Of a stretch of DNA of 58,540 nucleotides, positions 29,904 to 39,333 are shown piece by piece. The notes beneath the pieces are model-generated. The model worked only from the letters and a program-made list of their open reading frames with translations. It made no database searches and was not told the DNA's origin. A program made the position numbers and the translations under genes. Source of the DNA: Actinomycetes bacterium (lineage in GTDB: Bacteria; Actinomycetota; Acidimicrobiia; Acidimicrobiales; RAAP-2); the NCBI GenBank assembly GCA_021838005.1, contig JAKCEK010000001.1:1-58540 (forward strand). The letters are read 5' to 3'. Position 1 is the first letter of the stretch, and every line of letters starts with the position of its first letter.

Positions 29904-30674
29904 ATGACGGCGCGCGACGAGCCCCAGGCCCCGGCCATCACCACCCGGGGCCTGGGGCTCCGCGTCGGCGGCGCCGAGATCCTCTGCGACGTCGACCTCG
30001 TCGTGCCCGCGGGGCACTGTCTCGGCGTCATCGGGCCCAACGGAGCGGGAAAGTCGACCCTGCTCAACCTCCTCAGCGGGATCCTGCGCCCGAGCGCCGG
30101 GACGATCGAGTTCGCGGGCGACGACGTCACCGCCCTCGGCGCGGTCGCCCGGGCCCGTCTGGGCGTCGGGCGGACCTTCCAGACCTCGAGCCTCTTTGGA
30201 ACCCTGAGCGTCCTGGAGAACGCGCGACTCGCGGCGGAGGCACGTCGGGGGGGCAGTCGCCGGTTCTGGCACCGCCCCGGCCCGAAAGACGAGGCGACGC
30301 GCGTGGCGAGCGACGCGCTGGCCGCGGTCGGGCTCGAGTCCCTCGCTCGGCGGCCGGCCGGGGCCCTCTCTCACGGGGACAAGCGCAAGCTCGAACTCGC
30401 GATCCTCATCGCCTCCGACGCCCGCACCCTTCTCCTCGACGAGCCGATGGCCGGGGTGAACACCGAAGACGTCGGGCCGCTCACCGACCTGATCGCCGGC
30501 CTGAGTCGCGAGGGCCGCACCGTCGTGCTGATCGAGCACCACATGTCGGTCGTCGTCGGCCTGGCCGAGACGATCGCCGTGCTCGACTCGGGACGACTCC
30601 TCGCCCACGGAACCCCCGACGAGGTCATCGCCAACGACGAGGTTCAGCGGGCCTACCTGGGTCAGCCCCTATGA
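29904..30674 (+). CDS. HAAT ABC transporter ATP-binding protein (LivG-like)
   Basis: GPNGAGKST, RTFQ, LSHGDKRKLE, LLDEP, IEH, VQRAYLG. Confidence 0.92.
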   Translation: MTARDEPQAPAITTRGLGLRVGGAEILCDVDLVVPAGHCLGVIGPNGAGKSTLLNLLSGILRPSAGTIEFAGDDVTALGAVARARLGVGRTFQTSSLFGTLSVLENARLAAEARRGGSRRFWHRPGPKDEATRVASDALAAVGLESLARRPAGALSHGDKRKLELAILIASDARTLLLDEPMAGVNTEDVGPLTDLIAGLSREGRTVVLIEHHMSVVVGLAETIAVLDSGRLLAHGTPDEVIANDEVQRAYLGQPL

Positions 30675-31369
30675 CCGTCGCGGTCGAGCTCGACGACGTC
30701 CACGTCAGCCTCGCGGGCTCCCACGTGCTCCAGGGCGTCACCTTCACCGTGCCCACCGGCGGGGTCACCGCGCTCCTCGGGCGCAACGGCGTGGGCAAGA
30801 CCACGACGCTGCGGGCGATCATGGGTCTCGTCACGCATACCGGCACCGTGCGGGTCCTCGGCCACGACACTCGAGGGCTCGCGGTGCACCGAGTCGCCCG
30901 CCTCGGGGTCGGCTACGTGCCCGAGGACCGTGACGTCTAGCCCGGGCTCAGCGTCGGCGAGAACCTCCGACTGGCCGAGCGCGTCGAGGCACCGGCCTAC
31001 GACGACGCGTTCGCCCTCTTCCCCGACCTGGCGACAAGGGTCCGCCAGCGAGCGGGCTCGCTCTCGGGGGGCCAGCAGCAGATGCTCGCGATCGCCCGAG
31101 TCCTGCTGAATCGGTGGCCCCTGCTCGTGGTGGACGAGCCCTCCAAAGGGCTCGCCCCCAAGTTGGTCGGCGAGGTCACCGACGCCCTGGCCCGGGTCGC
31201 CACGACCTCGACCATCCTGCTCGTAGAGCAGAACCTCGCGGTGGTGCGTCGCTTGGCCGAGCGCGTGGTCGTGCTCGACCACGGCCGGGTCGTCCACGAG
31301 GGGTCCGTCGGCGACCTCGACGACGTCGACCTCGCCCGCCAGCTGCTCGGGGTCACGGCGGGACGATGA
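30671..31369 (+). pseudogene. HAAT ABC ATP-binding protein (LivF-like) interrupted by an in-frame TAG at 30938-30940
   Basis: GRNGVGKTT...YVPEDRDV*PGLSVGENL...LSGGQQQMLAIAR...VDEPSKGLAP...VEQN, all in one frame. Confidence 0.85.
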
Positions 31370-32271
31370 CGACGTTCCTCTCGCTCACCTTCGCCGGGCT
31401 CTCGCTGGGCGCCGTCTACTTCCTCGCCGCCTCGGGGCTGTCGCTCATCTACGGGCTCATGGACATCCTCAACTTCGCCCACGGGATGTTCATGACCCTG
31501 GGCGCCTACGCCGGCTGGGACCTGGCCACCCACCTCCCCTCGAACACGCCGTCGGTCCTCACCTTCGCCCTCGAGGTCCTGGCCGCCGTGGTCGGCGGGG
31601 CGCTCGCGGCCCTCCTCACCGAGGTCGTCTTCATCCGCCCCCTCTACGGTAAGCCCCTCAGCCAGGTCCTGGTGACGATCGGGCTCGACCTCGCGGTGGT
31701 CGCACTCCTGCTCGGGGGCTTCGGTGCCAACTCGCTCTCGCTGCCCGTCCCCCTCTGGTTCCTCGAGGCCACCCACGCCGGATCCGTCCTGTTGCCCAAC
31801 GCCGACTTCGTCGCCCTCGTCGGGGGGGTCGTCGTGCTCCTGGGACTCGAGTGGTTCCTGCGGCGCACCCGCTTCGGCATCGTCATTCGGGCGGGCGTGG
31901 AGAACCGCGAGATGGTGAGCGCCCTGGGGGTCGACGTCGGACGAGCCTTCACGCTGGTCTTCGTCATCGGCGGGGCGATGGCCGGGCTCGCCGGGCTGCT
32001 CTACACGGCGGTCTTCACCGGTGACCTGCTCTCTCCCCTCCAGGGTGACGGCCTCTTGATCTTCGCCTTCATCGTCGTGGTGATCGGCGGCCTCGGGTCG
32101 ATCCGGGGGTCGGCGATCGCGGCCGTCGTCGTCGGCCTCTTGCAGGACTACGCCAACTACTACGGCGGACAGCACCCCGGCTTCTCCGAGATCGGCAACC
32201 TCTCGACGGTCCTGCTGCTCGCCCTCGTACTCGAGATCCGACCACGCGGCCTCCTCGGGAGGGCGACGTGA
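31366..32271 (+). CDS. HAAT ABC permease (LivH-like)
   Basis: GLSLIYGLMDILNFAHG, RAGVEN, VVVIGGLGS, RPRGLLG. Confidence 0.92.
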   Translation: MTTFLSLTFAGLSLGAVYFLAASGLSLIYGLMDILNFAHGMFMTLGAYAGWDLATHLPSNTPSVLTFALEVLAAVVGGALAALLTEVVFIRPLYGKPLSQVLVTIGLDLAVVALLLGGFGANSLSLPVPLWFLEATHAGSVLLPNADFVALVGGVVVLLGLEWFLRRTRFGIVIRAGVENREMVSALGVDVGRAFTLVFVIGGAMAGLAGLLYTAVFTGDLLSPLQGDGLLIFAFIVVVIGGLGSIRGSAIAAVVVGLLQDYANYYGGQHPGFSEIGNLSTVLLLALVLEIRPRGLLGRAT

Positions 32272-33398
32272 GGGCGCCGCGCCTCGGGCTCGCCGTCGGC
32301 GCCGCCCTCGTCGTCCTGGCCGCCCTCTTGCCCTACGTCGGGGTCAGCGTTCCCGCGGTGCTGCCCGGGACCGTGGACGTGCTCAACTCGGCCGGCAACC
32401 TCTCGATCCTCGCGATCTGCTTCGTCTTTGGTGCGGTGGCCCTGGGCTACGACGTCTTGTTCGGCTACACCGGATTGCTCTCGCTCGGGGTCGTGCTGCA
32501 TTTCGCCGCGGGCGTCTACGTCTTCGACATCGCCCTCACCGACTGGCACTGGTCCCTGGGCGCCTCCCTCGCGGTCACCGCCGGCGCCGGCCTCGGCCTC
32601 GCGCTGGTGGTGGGTGCGGTGAGCCTGCGGGTGACGGGCATCGCCTTCACCATGGTCACCCTGGCCTTCGCCCAGGCCTTCTACTTCTTGATCCAGGACA
32701 ACCCCCACGGGCTCACCGGCGGCCAGGACGGCCTCGCCCTCTCCTCGACCCGGCTCCCGTCGATCCTGTCGGGGGCCGTCTCGAACACCCGCTCCCTCTA
32801 CTGGCTGGCCCTCGCCTTCCTCGTCGTCGCCGGCGCCGTCGTCTGGGTCTTCATCGAGTCCTCCGTCGGCCACGTGCTGGTCGCCGTGCGCGACAACGAG
32901 GCCCGCGCCGAAGTCCTTGGGCTGCGGCCCTTCGGCTTCAAGCTCGCCGCCTACACCCTCTCCTCGCTCGTGGCGACGGGGGCCGGGGTCGTCTACCTCC
33001 TGCTCATCGGCACTGCCGTGCCCGACGCCGTCGCCACCACCACCTTGACCCTGGCCATCGTCGTGATGGTCATGCTCGGAGGGGCGGCGTCGCGCGGGGG
33101 TGCGGTCACCGGCGGCATCCTCTACTGGTACCTCGAGTCCCTGCTCGTCAAGGTGTCCGGCCAGTCGTCCTTCGCCCGCCTGCCCGCAGTCGTGCGCGTC
33201 CCCCTCTCCCAGCCCCAGTTCCTGTTCGGGGCGATCTTCATCCTCTTCGTGTTCTTCGTGCCCGGCGGGCTCGCCGGGGCGGTCGCGCGCCTGCGCGCCC
33301 GGCGCGTCGGGGGGCACTTCGAGCCGGGCGCCCCCGTGACGGCGCAGACCCTCGTCGCCCGACTCATCCCTCCAAGGAGCGAGAAGGAGGCACCGTGA
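32268..33398 (+). CDS. HAAT ABC permease (LivM-like)
   Basis: GYTGLLSLG, FTMVTLAFAQ, TGGQDG, AVRDNEARA, MLGG. Confidence 0.92.
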   Translation: MRAPRLGLAVGAALVVLAALLPYVGVSVPAVLPGTVDVLNSAGNLSILAICFVFGAVALGYDVLFGYTGLLSLGVVLHFAAGVYVFDIALTDWHWSLGASLAVTAGAGLGLALVVGAVSLRVTGIAFTMVTLAFAQAFYFLIQDNPHGLTGGQDGLALSSTRLPSILSGAVSNTRSLYWLALAFLVVAGAVVWVFIESSVGHVLVAVRDNEARAEVLGLRPFGFKLAAYTLSSLVATGAGVVYLLLIGTAVPDAVATTTLTLAIVVMVMLGGAASRGGAVTGGILYWYLESLLVKVSGQSSFARLPAVVRVPLSQPQFLFGAIFILFVFFVPGGLAGAVARLRARRVGGHFEPGAPVTAQTLVARLIPPRSEKEAP

Positions 33399-34180
33399 CC
33401 CTCGTGGGACGACACGCCCTCGTCACCGGATCGACGAGCGGGATCGGCTGGGGCGTCGCGCGCGCCCTGGCGCGCGCCGGGGCCGACGTGATGCTCAACG
33501 GCTTCGGCGACCCCGACGACGTGGACCAGCGCCGCCGCGCGCTCGCCGCGGAGTTCGGCGTCGCGGTCGACTACGACCCGGCCGACCTCACGAGCGCCCA
33601 GGGCGTCGCGGGCCTCGTCGAGCGCACCCAGGCGGCCCTCGGCTCGCTCGACGTGCTCGTGAACAACGCCGGCATCCAGCACGTCGCCCCCCTCGAGGAG
33701 TTCCCCGTGGAGCGCTGGGACGCGGTGATCGCACTGAACCTCTCGGCCGTGTTCCACGGGATGCGCTGCGCGATTCCCCAGATGCGCGAGCGCGGATGGG
33801 GCCGCATCGTCAACATCGCCTCGGCCCACGGACTGGTGGCGAGCACCCAGAAGGTCGCCTACGTCGCGGCCAAGCACGGCGTGGTCGGCGCCACCAAGGT
33901 CGCGGCCCTCGAGCTCGCCAACACCGGGGTCACCGTGAACGCCGTCTGCCCCGGCTGGGTCCTCACCCCGCTCGTCGAGCGTCAGATCGCCGCGCGCGCC
34001 GCGGCCAACGGAACCACGGTGGCCGAGGAGTCGCTCGCCTTGCTCGCCGAGAAGCAGCCGATGCTCACCTTTACCACTCCCGAGCAGATAGGCGACCTCG
34101 TGGTCTTCCTCTGCTCTGACGCGGCCTCGACCATGACCGGCGCGCCCCTGTCGATCGACGGGGGCTGGACCTCGCAGTGA
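33395..34180 (+). CDS. bdhA: D-3-hydroxybutyrate dehydrogenase
   Basis: TGSTSGIG, NNAGIQHVAP, ASAHGLVAS, YVAAKHG, CPGWVLTPLV, EKQP. Confidence 0.9.
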   Translation: MTLVGRHALVTGSTSGIGWGVARALARAGADVMLNGFGDPDDVDQRRRALAAEFGVAVDYDPADLTSAQGVAGLVERTQAALGSLDVLVNNAGIQHVAPLEEFPVERWDAVIALNLSAVFHGMRCAIPQMRERGWGRIVNIASAHGLVASTQKVAYVAAKHGVVGATKVAALELANTGVTVNAVCPGWVLTPLVERQIAARAAANGTTVAEESLALLAEKQPMLTFTTPEQIGDLVVFLCSDAASTMTGAPLSIDGGWTSQ

Positions 34181-34207
34181 CCCGCGGGCCCCTCCGGGTG
34201 CGCCCGC

Positions 34208-34711
34208 TCACCCTCGACGCCAGAGGTCGTAGCCGTCGGCCGCGCCGGCCCTGGCGAAACCGAGACGAGCGAGCACCCGGGCCGACGCCTCGTTCTCGGG
34301 GCGGGCGCGCGCCGTGAGCCCGTGCACGCCCTCGTGCGCCTCGGCCCAGGCGCAGAGCCGGCCCGCGGCCTCGGTGGCGTAGCCCCGTCCCCGCCAGTCC
34401 GGCGCGAGCGCGTAGCCGATCTCGAGCCGCCCGGCGGAGTCGGGCGGACCGTGGAATCCGACGTCGCCGATGAGGGTGCGCTCCACCTGTTCGATCACGA
34501 CCCACACGCCGAAACGCGGGTCAGTCTCACCACCGGTGAATCCCTCCACGAAGCGCTGGCGCACGACGGGCGCGGGCCACTCGGGCGCACTCGCGAGCCC
34601 GAGGCTCACGGCGAAGGCCACCGGGTCGCGACCGAGGGCGGCCGCCTCGGTGGGTGAGAGGTTCCGCAGCCGGACCCGCGCGGCCGAGAGCTCGGTCGGG
34701 TCCTCGCCCAC
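34208..34711 (-). CDS. GNAT family (RimJ/RimL-like) N-acetyltransferase
   Basis: IGDVGFHGPP, EIGY, RGRGYATEA, NEASARVLARLGF. Confidence 0.88.
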   Translation of the reverse strand: MGEDPTELSAARVRLRNLSPTEAAALGRDPVAFAVSLGLASAPEWPAPVVRQRFVEGFTGGETDPRFGVWVVIEQVERTLIGDVGFHGPPDSAGRLEIGYALAPDWRGRGYATEAAGRLCAWAEAHEGVHGLTARARPENEASARVLARLGFARAGAADGYDLWRRG

Positions 34712-34717
34712 CCGCGC

Positions 34718-36007
34718 CTAGAGGAAGGGGAGGTACTCGCGCATCTCCCAGTCGGTCGTCGCGGCACAGTAGCGCTCCCACTCCGAGCGCTTCACCGCGA
34801 GGTGCTGGGCGACGAGCTCGGTGCCCACGGCCTCGACGAGGTCGGCGTCGGCCTCGAGCTCGCCCAGCGCCTCGGCGAGTGAGTGGGGCACCCCGATCGT
34901 CGCCTCGATGGTGTCAAGACCGTTGCCCGCCTCGGGTGGCCCGGGGTCGGCTCCGTGCAGGACGCCCAGGCGCGCCGCCTGCAAGACAGCGGCGATGGCG
35001 GTGTGCACGACGGCGGCCCCGTCGCTGAGGCGGTGCTCGAGGCGGGTACCCTCGCCCCTCGCCCCGGGCACCCGGATCGTCGCGCCCCGGTGGTCGTAGC
35101 CCCAGTTGGCCCAGTAACCCGAGAGCGACGCCGGTCGCAGCCGCTTGTAGGCGTTGACCGTCGGGGCGCACAGGCCGGCGAGGGCGCGGTGGTGGGCGAT
35201 CAGCCCGCCGATGGCGTGGCGGGCGGCCGCCGAGAGCCCGTCGGCGCTCGACGCGTCGGCGAAGGCGTTGAGGCCCGCGTCGTCGCGCAGCGAGAAGTTG
35301 ACGTGCAGTCCCGAGCCGCCCCGGTCCGAGAGGGGCTTGCCCATGAAGGTGAGCAGCAGTCCGAGGCGGTGGGCGACCTCGCGCGCGAGGACCTTGAACA
35401 AGAAGGCGTCGTCGGCGGCCCGCAGGGCGTCGCTGTAGCGCAGGGTGAACTCGAACTGGGGAGAGTCGTACTCGGAGTTGACCGACTCGAGGGGCAGCCC
35501 CGCCTCGCGGCAGGCGCTCCAGATGGCGTCGACGAGCCCGTCCGGGTCGACGGCGGGACCGGTGCCGTAGACGAAGGCACCGGGTGTGTCGCGGGGCCGC
35601 CAGCCGCCCTGGCCGTCGGGGGCGAAGACGAACGCCTCGAACTCGATCCCGACGTAGGGTGCGAGGCCCAGCGCGCGCCAGTCCTCGACCGCCTTGGCGA
35701 GGGAGGTGCGGGGCGACACGGCGAGCGGCGCGCCGTCGCGGGTGAGCTGGGCCACCACCACGCGGGTGCGCGGCTCCCACGACGGGCGCAGGTCGGCGGC
35801 CTCGAAGACGGCCTCGAAGTCGGGGAGTCCCTCGTTCCATCCGCTGCCCGGCGTATAGGGGGTCATCGTGCGGTCGTAGGAGAGGGCCCACGTTCCCGTG
35901 CAGTGACGAGCCCCGTCCCCGGCCATCTCGGCGGGGATGTACTTGCCCCGCGCGAGGCCGAGGTGATCGGGCCACAGGACCCGCACGCGATCGAAGTCTT
36001 CGGCCAT
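34718..36007 (-). CDS. Glutamine synthetase-like gamma-glutamyl-amine ligase (PuuA/GlnA2-4 type)
   Basis: DHLGLARGK, GIEFE, EYDSPQFE, FMGKP, GSGLHVNFS, NAYKRL, WGYDHR, RLEHR; divergent from true GSI. Confidence 0.85.
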   Translation of the reverse strand: MAEDFDRVRVLWPDHLGLARGKYIPAEMAGDGARHCTGTWALSYDRTMTPYTPGSGWNEGLPDFEAVFEAADLRPSWEPRTRVVVAQLTRDGAPLAVSPRTSLAKAVEDWRALGLAPYVGIEFEAFVFAPDGQGGWRPRDTPGAFVYGTGPAVDPDGLVDAIWSACREAGLPLESVNSEYDSPQFEFTLRYSDALRAADDAFLFKVLAREVAHRLGLLLTFMGKPLSDRGGSGLHVNFSLRDDAGLNAFADASSADGLSAAARHAIGGLIAHHRALAGLCAPTVNAYKRLRPASLSGYWANWGYDHRGATIRVPGARGEGTRLEHRLSDGAAVVHTAIAAVLQAARLGVLHGADPGPPEAGNGLDTIEATIGVPHSLAEALGELEADADLVEAVGTELVAQHLAVKRSEWERYCAATTDWEMREYLPFL

Positions 36008-36074
36008 CACGCCTCCTCGAGTGACGGGGTGAACGTAGCACGCCCACTCGAGCGCGGTTTGTAGTGTGGGGGAA

Positions 36075-36092
36075 TCATTCGTACGCAAACGA
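36075..36092. promoter_or_regulatory. Operator-like palindrome TCATTCG-TACG-CAAACGA between the divergent GS-like and FAH genes
   Basis: Two mismatches to TCGTTTG-N4-CAAACGA; 13 nt before the FAH start codon. Confidence 0.6.
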
Positions 36093-36105
36093 CCTCGGAG
36101 GACTG

Positions 36106-36999
36106 GTGGAGTTCCGACGCATCCTGCTGGAGGGCAACGAGGTCGAGGTGATCCGCGAGGGCGCGACCCTCGTGGCGGCCGACGGACGCCGCGTCGAGGC
36201 GGAGAGCGCCGTCCACCTGCCCCCGGTGAGGCCGACGAAGATCCTGTGCTGCCACCTCAACCACGTCTCGCGCGTGCGCGAGTTCGGGGTCGGCCTGCCG
36301 CCGGCGCCCACCTGGTTCCAGAAGCCCGTGTCGGCGCTCAACGCCCACGGGGGTGCCGTCGTACGCCCCGCGAACTGCCGCTACCTCAACTACGAGGGCG
36401 AGGTCGCGATCGTGATCGGGCGCACCGCGCGCAACATCGCCCTCGCCGACGCCGCCGAGTACATCCACGGCTACACCGTCGCCAACGACTTCGGCCTGCA
36501 CGATTTCCGCGATACCGACGCCGGCTCGATGCTGCGGGTCAAGGGCGCCGACACGCTCTGCCCCATCGGACCCGGGCTCGTCACCGACTGGTCGTTCACG
36601 GGCAAGGCCCTACGCACGAGTGTCAACGGCGAGGTCCGACAGGACGGCTCGACCGACGAGATGGCCTGGGACATGCACTACCTGGTGACCGACCTGGCTC
36701 GGCTGATCACCCTGGTACCCGGCGACGTCATCCTGACCGGCACGCCGGCGTTCTCGCGACCCGTCGAGCCCGGCGACGTCGTCACCGTCGAGGTCGAGGG
36801 CCTCGGGGCCCTCACCAACCACGTCGTCGCCGGACCGGCCCCGGTCAGCGACGAGGTCGGCGCCCAGCCCACGGCCACCGAGGAGGTGCTCTCCACCGCG
36901 CTCGGCGGCGACTGGCCCTTGCGCGGAGAGCGTCGTCCCGTCGCGACGGACCGCTCCCAGCTCCCCCACCCTCGCGTGCGACCCCGGTACGAGGCGTGA
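36106..36999 (+). CDS. Fumarylacetoacetate hydrolase family protein (HpaG-like isomerase/decarboxylase)
   Basis: FQKP, YEGEVAIVIG, GYTVAND, KGADTLCPIGP, PGDVILTGTP; GGAGGA RBS. Confidence 0.88.
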   Translation: MEFRRILLEGNEVEVIREGATLVAADGRRVEAESAVHLPPVRPTKILCCHLNHVSRVREFGVGLPPAPTWFQKPVSALNAHGGAVVRPANCRYLNYEGEVAIVIGRTARNIALADAAEYIHGYTVANDFGLHDFRDTDAGSMLRVKGADTLCPIGPGLVTDWSFTGKALRTSVNGEVRQDGSTDEMAWDMHYLVTDLARLITLVPGDVILTGTPAFSRPVEPGDVVTVEVEGLGALTNHVVAGPAPVSDEVGAQPTATEEVLSTALGGDWPLRGERRPVATDRSQLPHPRVRPRYEA

Positions 37000-38459
37000 G
37001 CGCCCGGGTCGACGTCGCGGGCGTCTCGGTCGCCACGGGCCACTTCATCGCCAACGAGCGCGTCGACTCGGCCACGACCTTCGTCGACCGCAGCCCTCTC
37101 GACTGGTCGCTCACCCTGGCCGAGGTGTCGCGCGGCTCGGCCGCGGACGCCGCCGCCGCCGTGGCCGCGGCGTCCGACGCCTTCCCCGCCTGGGCCGCGC
37201 TCGCCCCGGCCGAGCGCGGCGCCTACCTGCACCGCCTGGCTGACCTCATCGACGCGAACGTCGAGCCCCTCGCCCGGGTCGAGTGCCTCGACATGGCCAT
37301 GCTCGAAGAGAGCCTGCGCCGGCGGGTCATTGGGCGCGGCGCGCGCAACTTCCGCGCCTACGCCGACCTGGCCGCGATCTACGAGGGTCGGACCTGGACC
37401 AGCCACGGCACCGAGAACCACGTCCAGCGCATGCCCGCGGGACCCACCGTGGTGATCACCCCCTGGAACGCCCCCTTCATGCTCTCGACCTGGAAGTGCG
37501 CGCCGGCGCTCGCGGCCGGCGATACCGTCGTGCTGAAGCCGGCGGAGTGGTCGCCCCTGTCGTGCTCGCTCTTGATGGACCTCGTCGCCGAGGCGGGCCT
37601 GCCGTCCGGGGTCTTCAACCTGGTTCAGGGGGTCGGTGAGGAGGTCGGCGCCGCCCTCGTCGCCGACCCGCGGGTCCGGAGGATCTCCTTCACCGGCTCG
37701 CCCGAGACGGGTCGGGCCATCGGCCTCGCCGCGGCCGCCAACCTCGTGCCCTTCACGGGTGAGCTCGGGGGCAAGGGTCCCTTTGTCGTCTTCGCCGACG
37801 CCGACCTCGACCTCGCGCTCGAGCGGGCCTCGGCGATGTACGACGACGCCGGTCAGGTCTGTCTCGCCGGTACACGGCTGATCGTCGAGGCGCCGGTCTA
37901 CGACGAGTTCCGCGACCGGCTCGTCGAGCGGGCCCGCGCCCACGTGCTCGGCGACAGCCGCGACCCGGCCACTACGGTCTCACCCCTCATCCACCCCGAC
38001 CACCTGACGCGCGTCGAGGGCTTCGTCGAGCGCGCCCGCGCCGCGGGCCACCGGGTCCTCACCGGGGGGAGGCGTTGGCGTCAGGACGGTCTGTGGTACG
38101 AGCCGACGGTCGTCGAGCCCCTCGACAACGACGCCGAGATCGTCCAACGCGAGGTCTTCGGCCCGGTGCTCACCCTGCAGCGCTTCTCGGGCGAGGACGA
38201 GGCGGTCGCCCTGGCCAACTCGACGCCCTACGGCCTCTCGGCCATGGTCTTCACCCGGGACCGGGCCCGCGCCGACCGCGTCGGGGCGCGCGTGCGCGCC
38301 GGGACGATCTGGGTCAACTGCTTCTTGGTCCGCGACCTCACCGCGCCCTTCGGGGGGACGGGCATCTCGGGCATCGGGCGTGAGGGCGGCGACTACGCCC
38401 TCGACTTCTACAGCGACCTCAAGACCTATCAGGTGAAGGAGGGGACCACCCATGGGTGA
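36996..38459 (+). CDS. Aldehyde dehydrogenase, HpaE-like hydroxymuconic semialdehyde dehydrogenase
   Basis: ITPWNAPFMLSTWK, KPAEWSP, FTGS, ELGGK, GQVCLAG, EVFGP, GIGREGG. Confidence 0.88.
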   Translation: MSARVDVAGVSVATGHFIANERVDSATTFVDRSPLDWSLTLAEVSRGSAADAAAAVAAASDAFPAWAALAPAERGAYLHRLADLIDANVEPLARVECLDMAMLEESLRRRVIGRGARNFRAYADLAAIYEGRTWTSHGTENHVQRMPAGPTVVITPWNAPFMLSTWKCAPALAAGDTVVLKPAEWSPLSCSLLMDLVAEAGLPSGVFNLVQGVGEEVGAALVADPRVRRISFTGSPETGRAIGLAAAANLVPFTGELGGKGPFVVFADADLDLALERASAMYDDAGQVCLAGTRLIVEAPVYDEFRDRLVERARAHVLGDSRDPATTVSPLIHPDHLTRVEGFVERARAAGHRVLTGGRRWRQDGLWYEPTVVEPLDNDAEIVQREVFGPVLTLQRFSGEDEAVALANSTPYGLSAMVFTRDRARADRVGARVRAGTIWVNCFLVRDLTAPFGGTGISGIGREGGDYALDFYSDLKTYQVKEGTTHG

Positions 38460-39333
38460 GATCGTCGGGGCGGGGTTCTTGGCCCACGTGCCCACCATCG
38501 TCCTGCCCGACGAGGAGCGTCGGGCCCTCAACCACGGCCGCGAGAGCACTCTCTACACGGGCCTGCGCCAGCTGCGCCGTGAGGTCTTCGACGTGCTGCG
38601 ACCCGACCTCGTCGTCGTCTTCGACAGCCACTGGTTCACCACCGTCGAGTTCGTCGTCACCGCGGCCGAGCGGCGCCACGGCCTTTTCACCTCCGAGGAG
38701 CTACCCCGCGGGATGTCGAGCGTGCCCTACGACGTGAAGGGCGACCCGGCCTTCGCCAAGCTCGTCGGCGAGATCGCCCTCGCGACCCCCGAGTGCTGGA
38801 TCACCCCGATCGACAACGAGCACCTCCCCATCACCTACGCCACGACGAACTTCCTCGGCTTCCTCCAGGGCGACGAGGCCTGGATCTCGGTGAGCGTCTG
38901 CCAGACGGCCGAGCCCGAGGACTTCGCGACCGTGGGACGCGTCCTCGCCGACGCCGTCGCCCACAGCGACCGGCGGGTCGTGCTCATCGCCTCGGGGGCG
39001 CTGAGCCACACCTTCCACCCGCTTCGCCAACTGCGCGACCACGAGGCGGCCGACGAAGAACACATCTTCTCGGCGACCGCGCGCGAGTGGGACCACCGCA
39101 TCCTCGAGGCGTGGCGGCGCGGCGACCACGCCTTCGTCGTCGACCACTTTGGCGAGTTCGCGGCCGTCAAGCCCGAGGGGCGCTTCGGCCACTACCAGAT
39201 GATGGTCGCGGCCCTCGGCGGGCGCGACTGCGTGGCGCCGGGCCGGCTCTACTCGGACTACGAGAACGCCATCGGCACGGGCCAGGTCCACGTCTGGTTC
39301 GACCGGCCCGCGACCGGTTGGAGCCGCTCGTGA
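38452..39333 (+). CDS. Extradiol ring-cleavage dioxygenase, LigB/HpaD (homoprotocatechuate 2,3-dioxygenase)-like
   Basis: HVPTI, VVFDSHW, ASGALSHTF, GTGQVHVWF, similar to E. coli HpaD motifs. Confidence 0.85.
   Translation: MGEIVGAGFLAHVPTIVLPDEERRALNHGRESTLYTGLRQLRREVFDVLRPDLVVVFDSHWFTTVEFVVTAAERRHGLFTSEELPRGMSSVPYDVKGDPAFAKLVGEIALATPECWITPIDNEHLPITYATTNFLGFLQGDEAWISVSVCQTAEPEDFATVGRVLADAVAHSDRRVVLIASGALSHTFHPLRQLRDHEAADEEHIFSATAREWDHRILEAWRRGDHAFVVDHFGEFAAVKPEGRFGHYQMMVAALGGRDCVAPGRLYSDYENAIGTGQVHVWFDRPATGWSRS

Noticed and set aside
30938-30960. Pyrrolysine or selenocysteine recoding signal
   Set aside because: The codon is TAG at a non-catalytic aromatic position, no pyl/sel genes are in the window and TAG terminates many genes here; kept only as a nonsense/error finding
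34718-36007. Housekeeping glutamine synthetase glnA
   Set aside because: Divergent motifs (WGYDHR, RLEHRLSD), no GSI-beta adenylylation segment and a catabolic context point to a gamma-glutamyl-amine ligase
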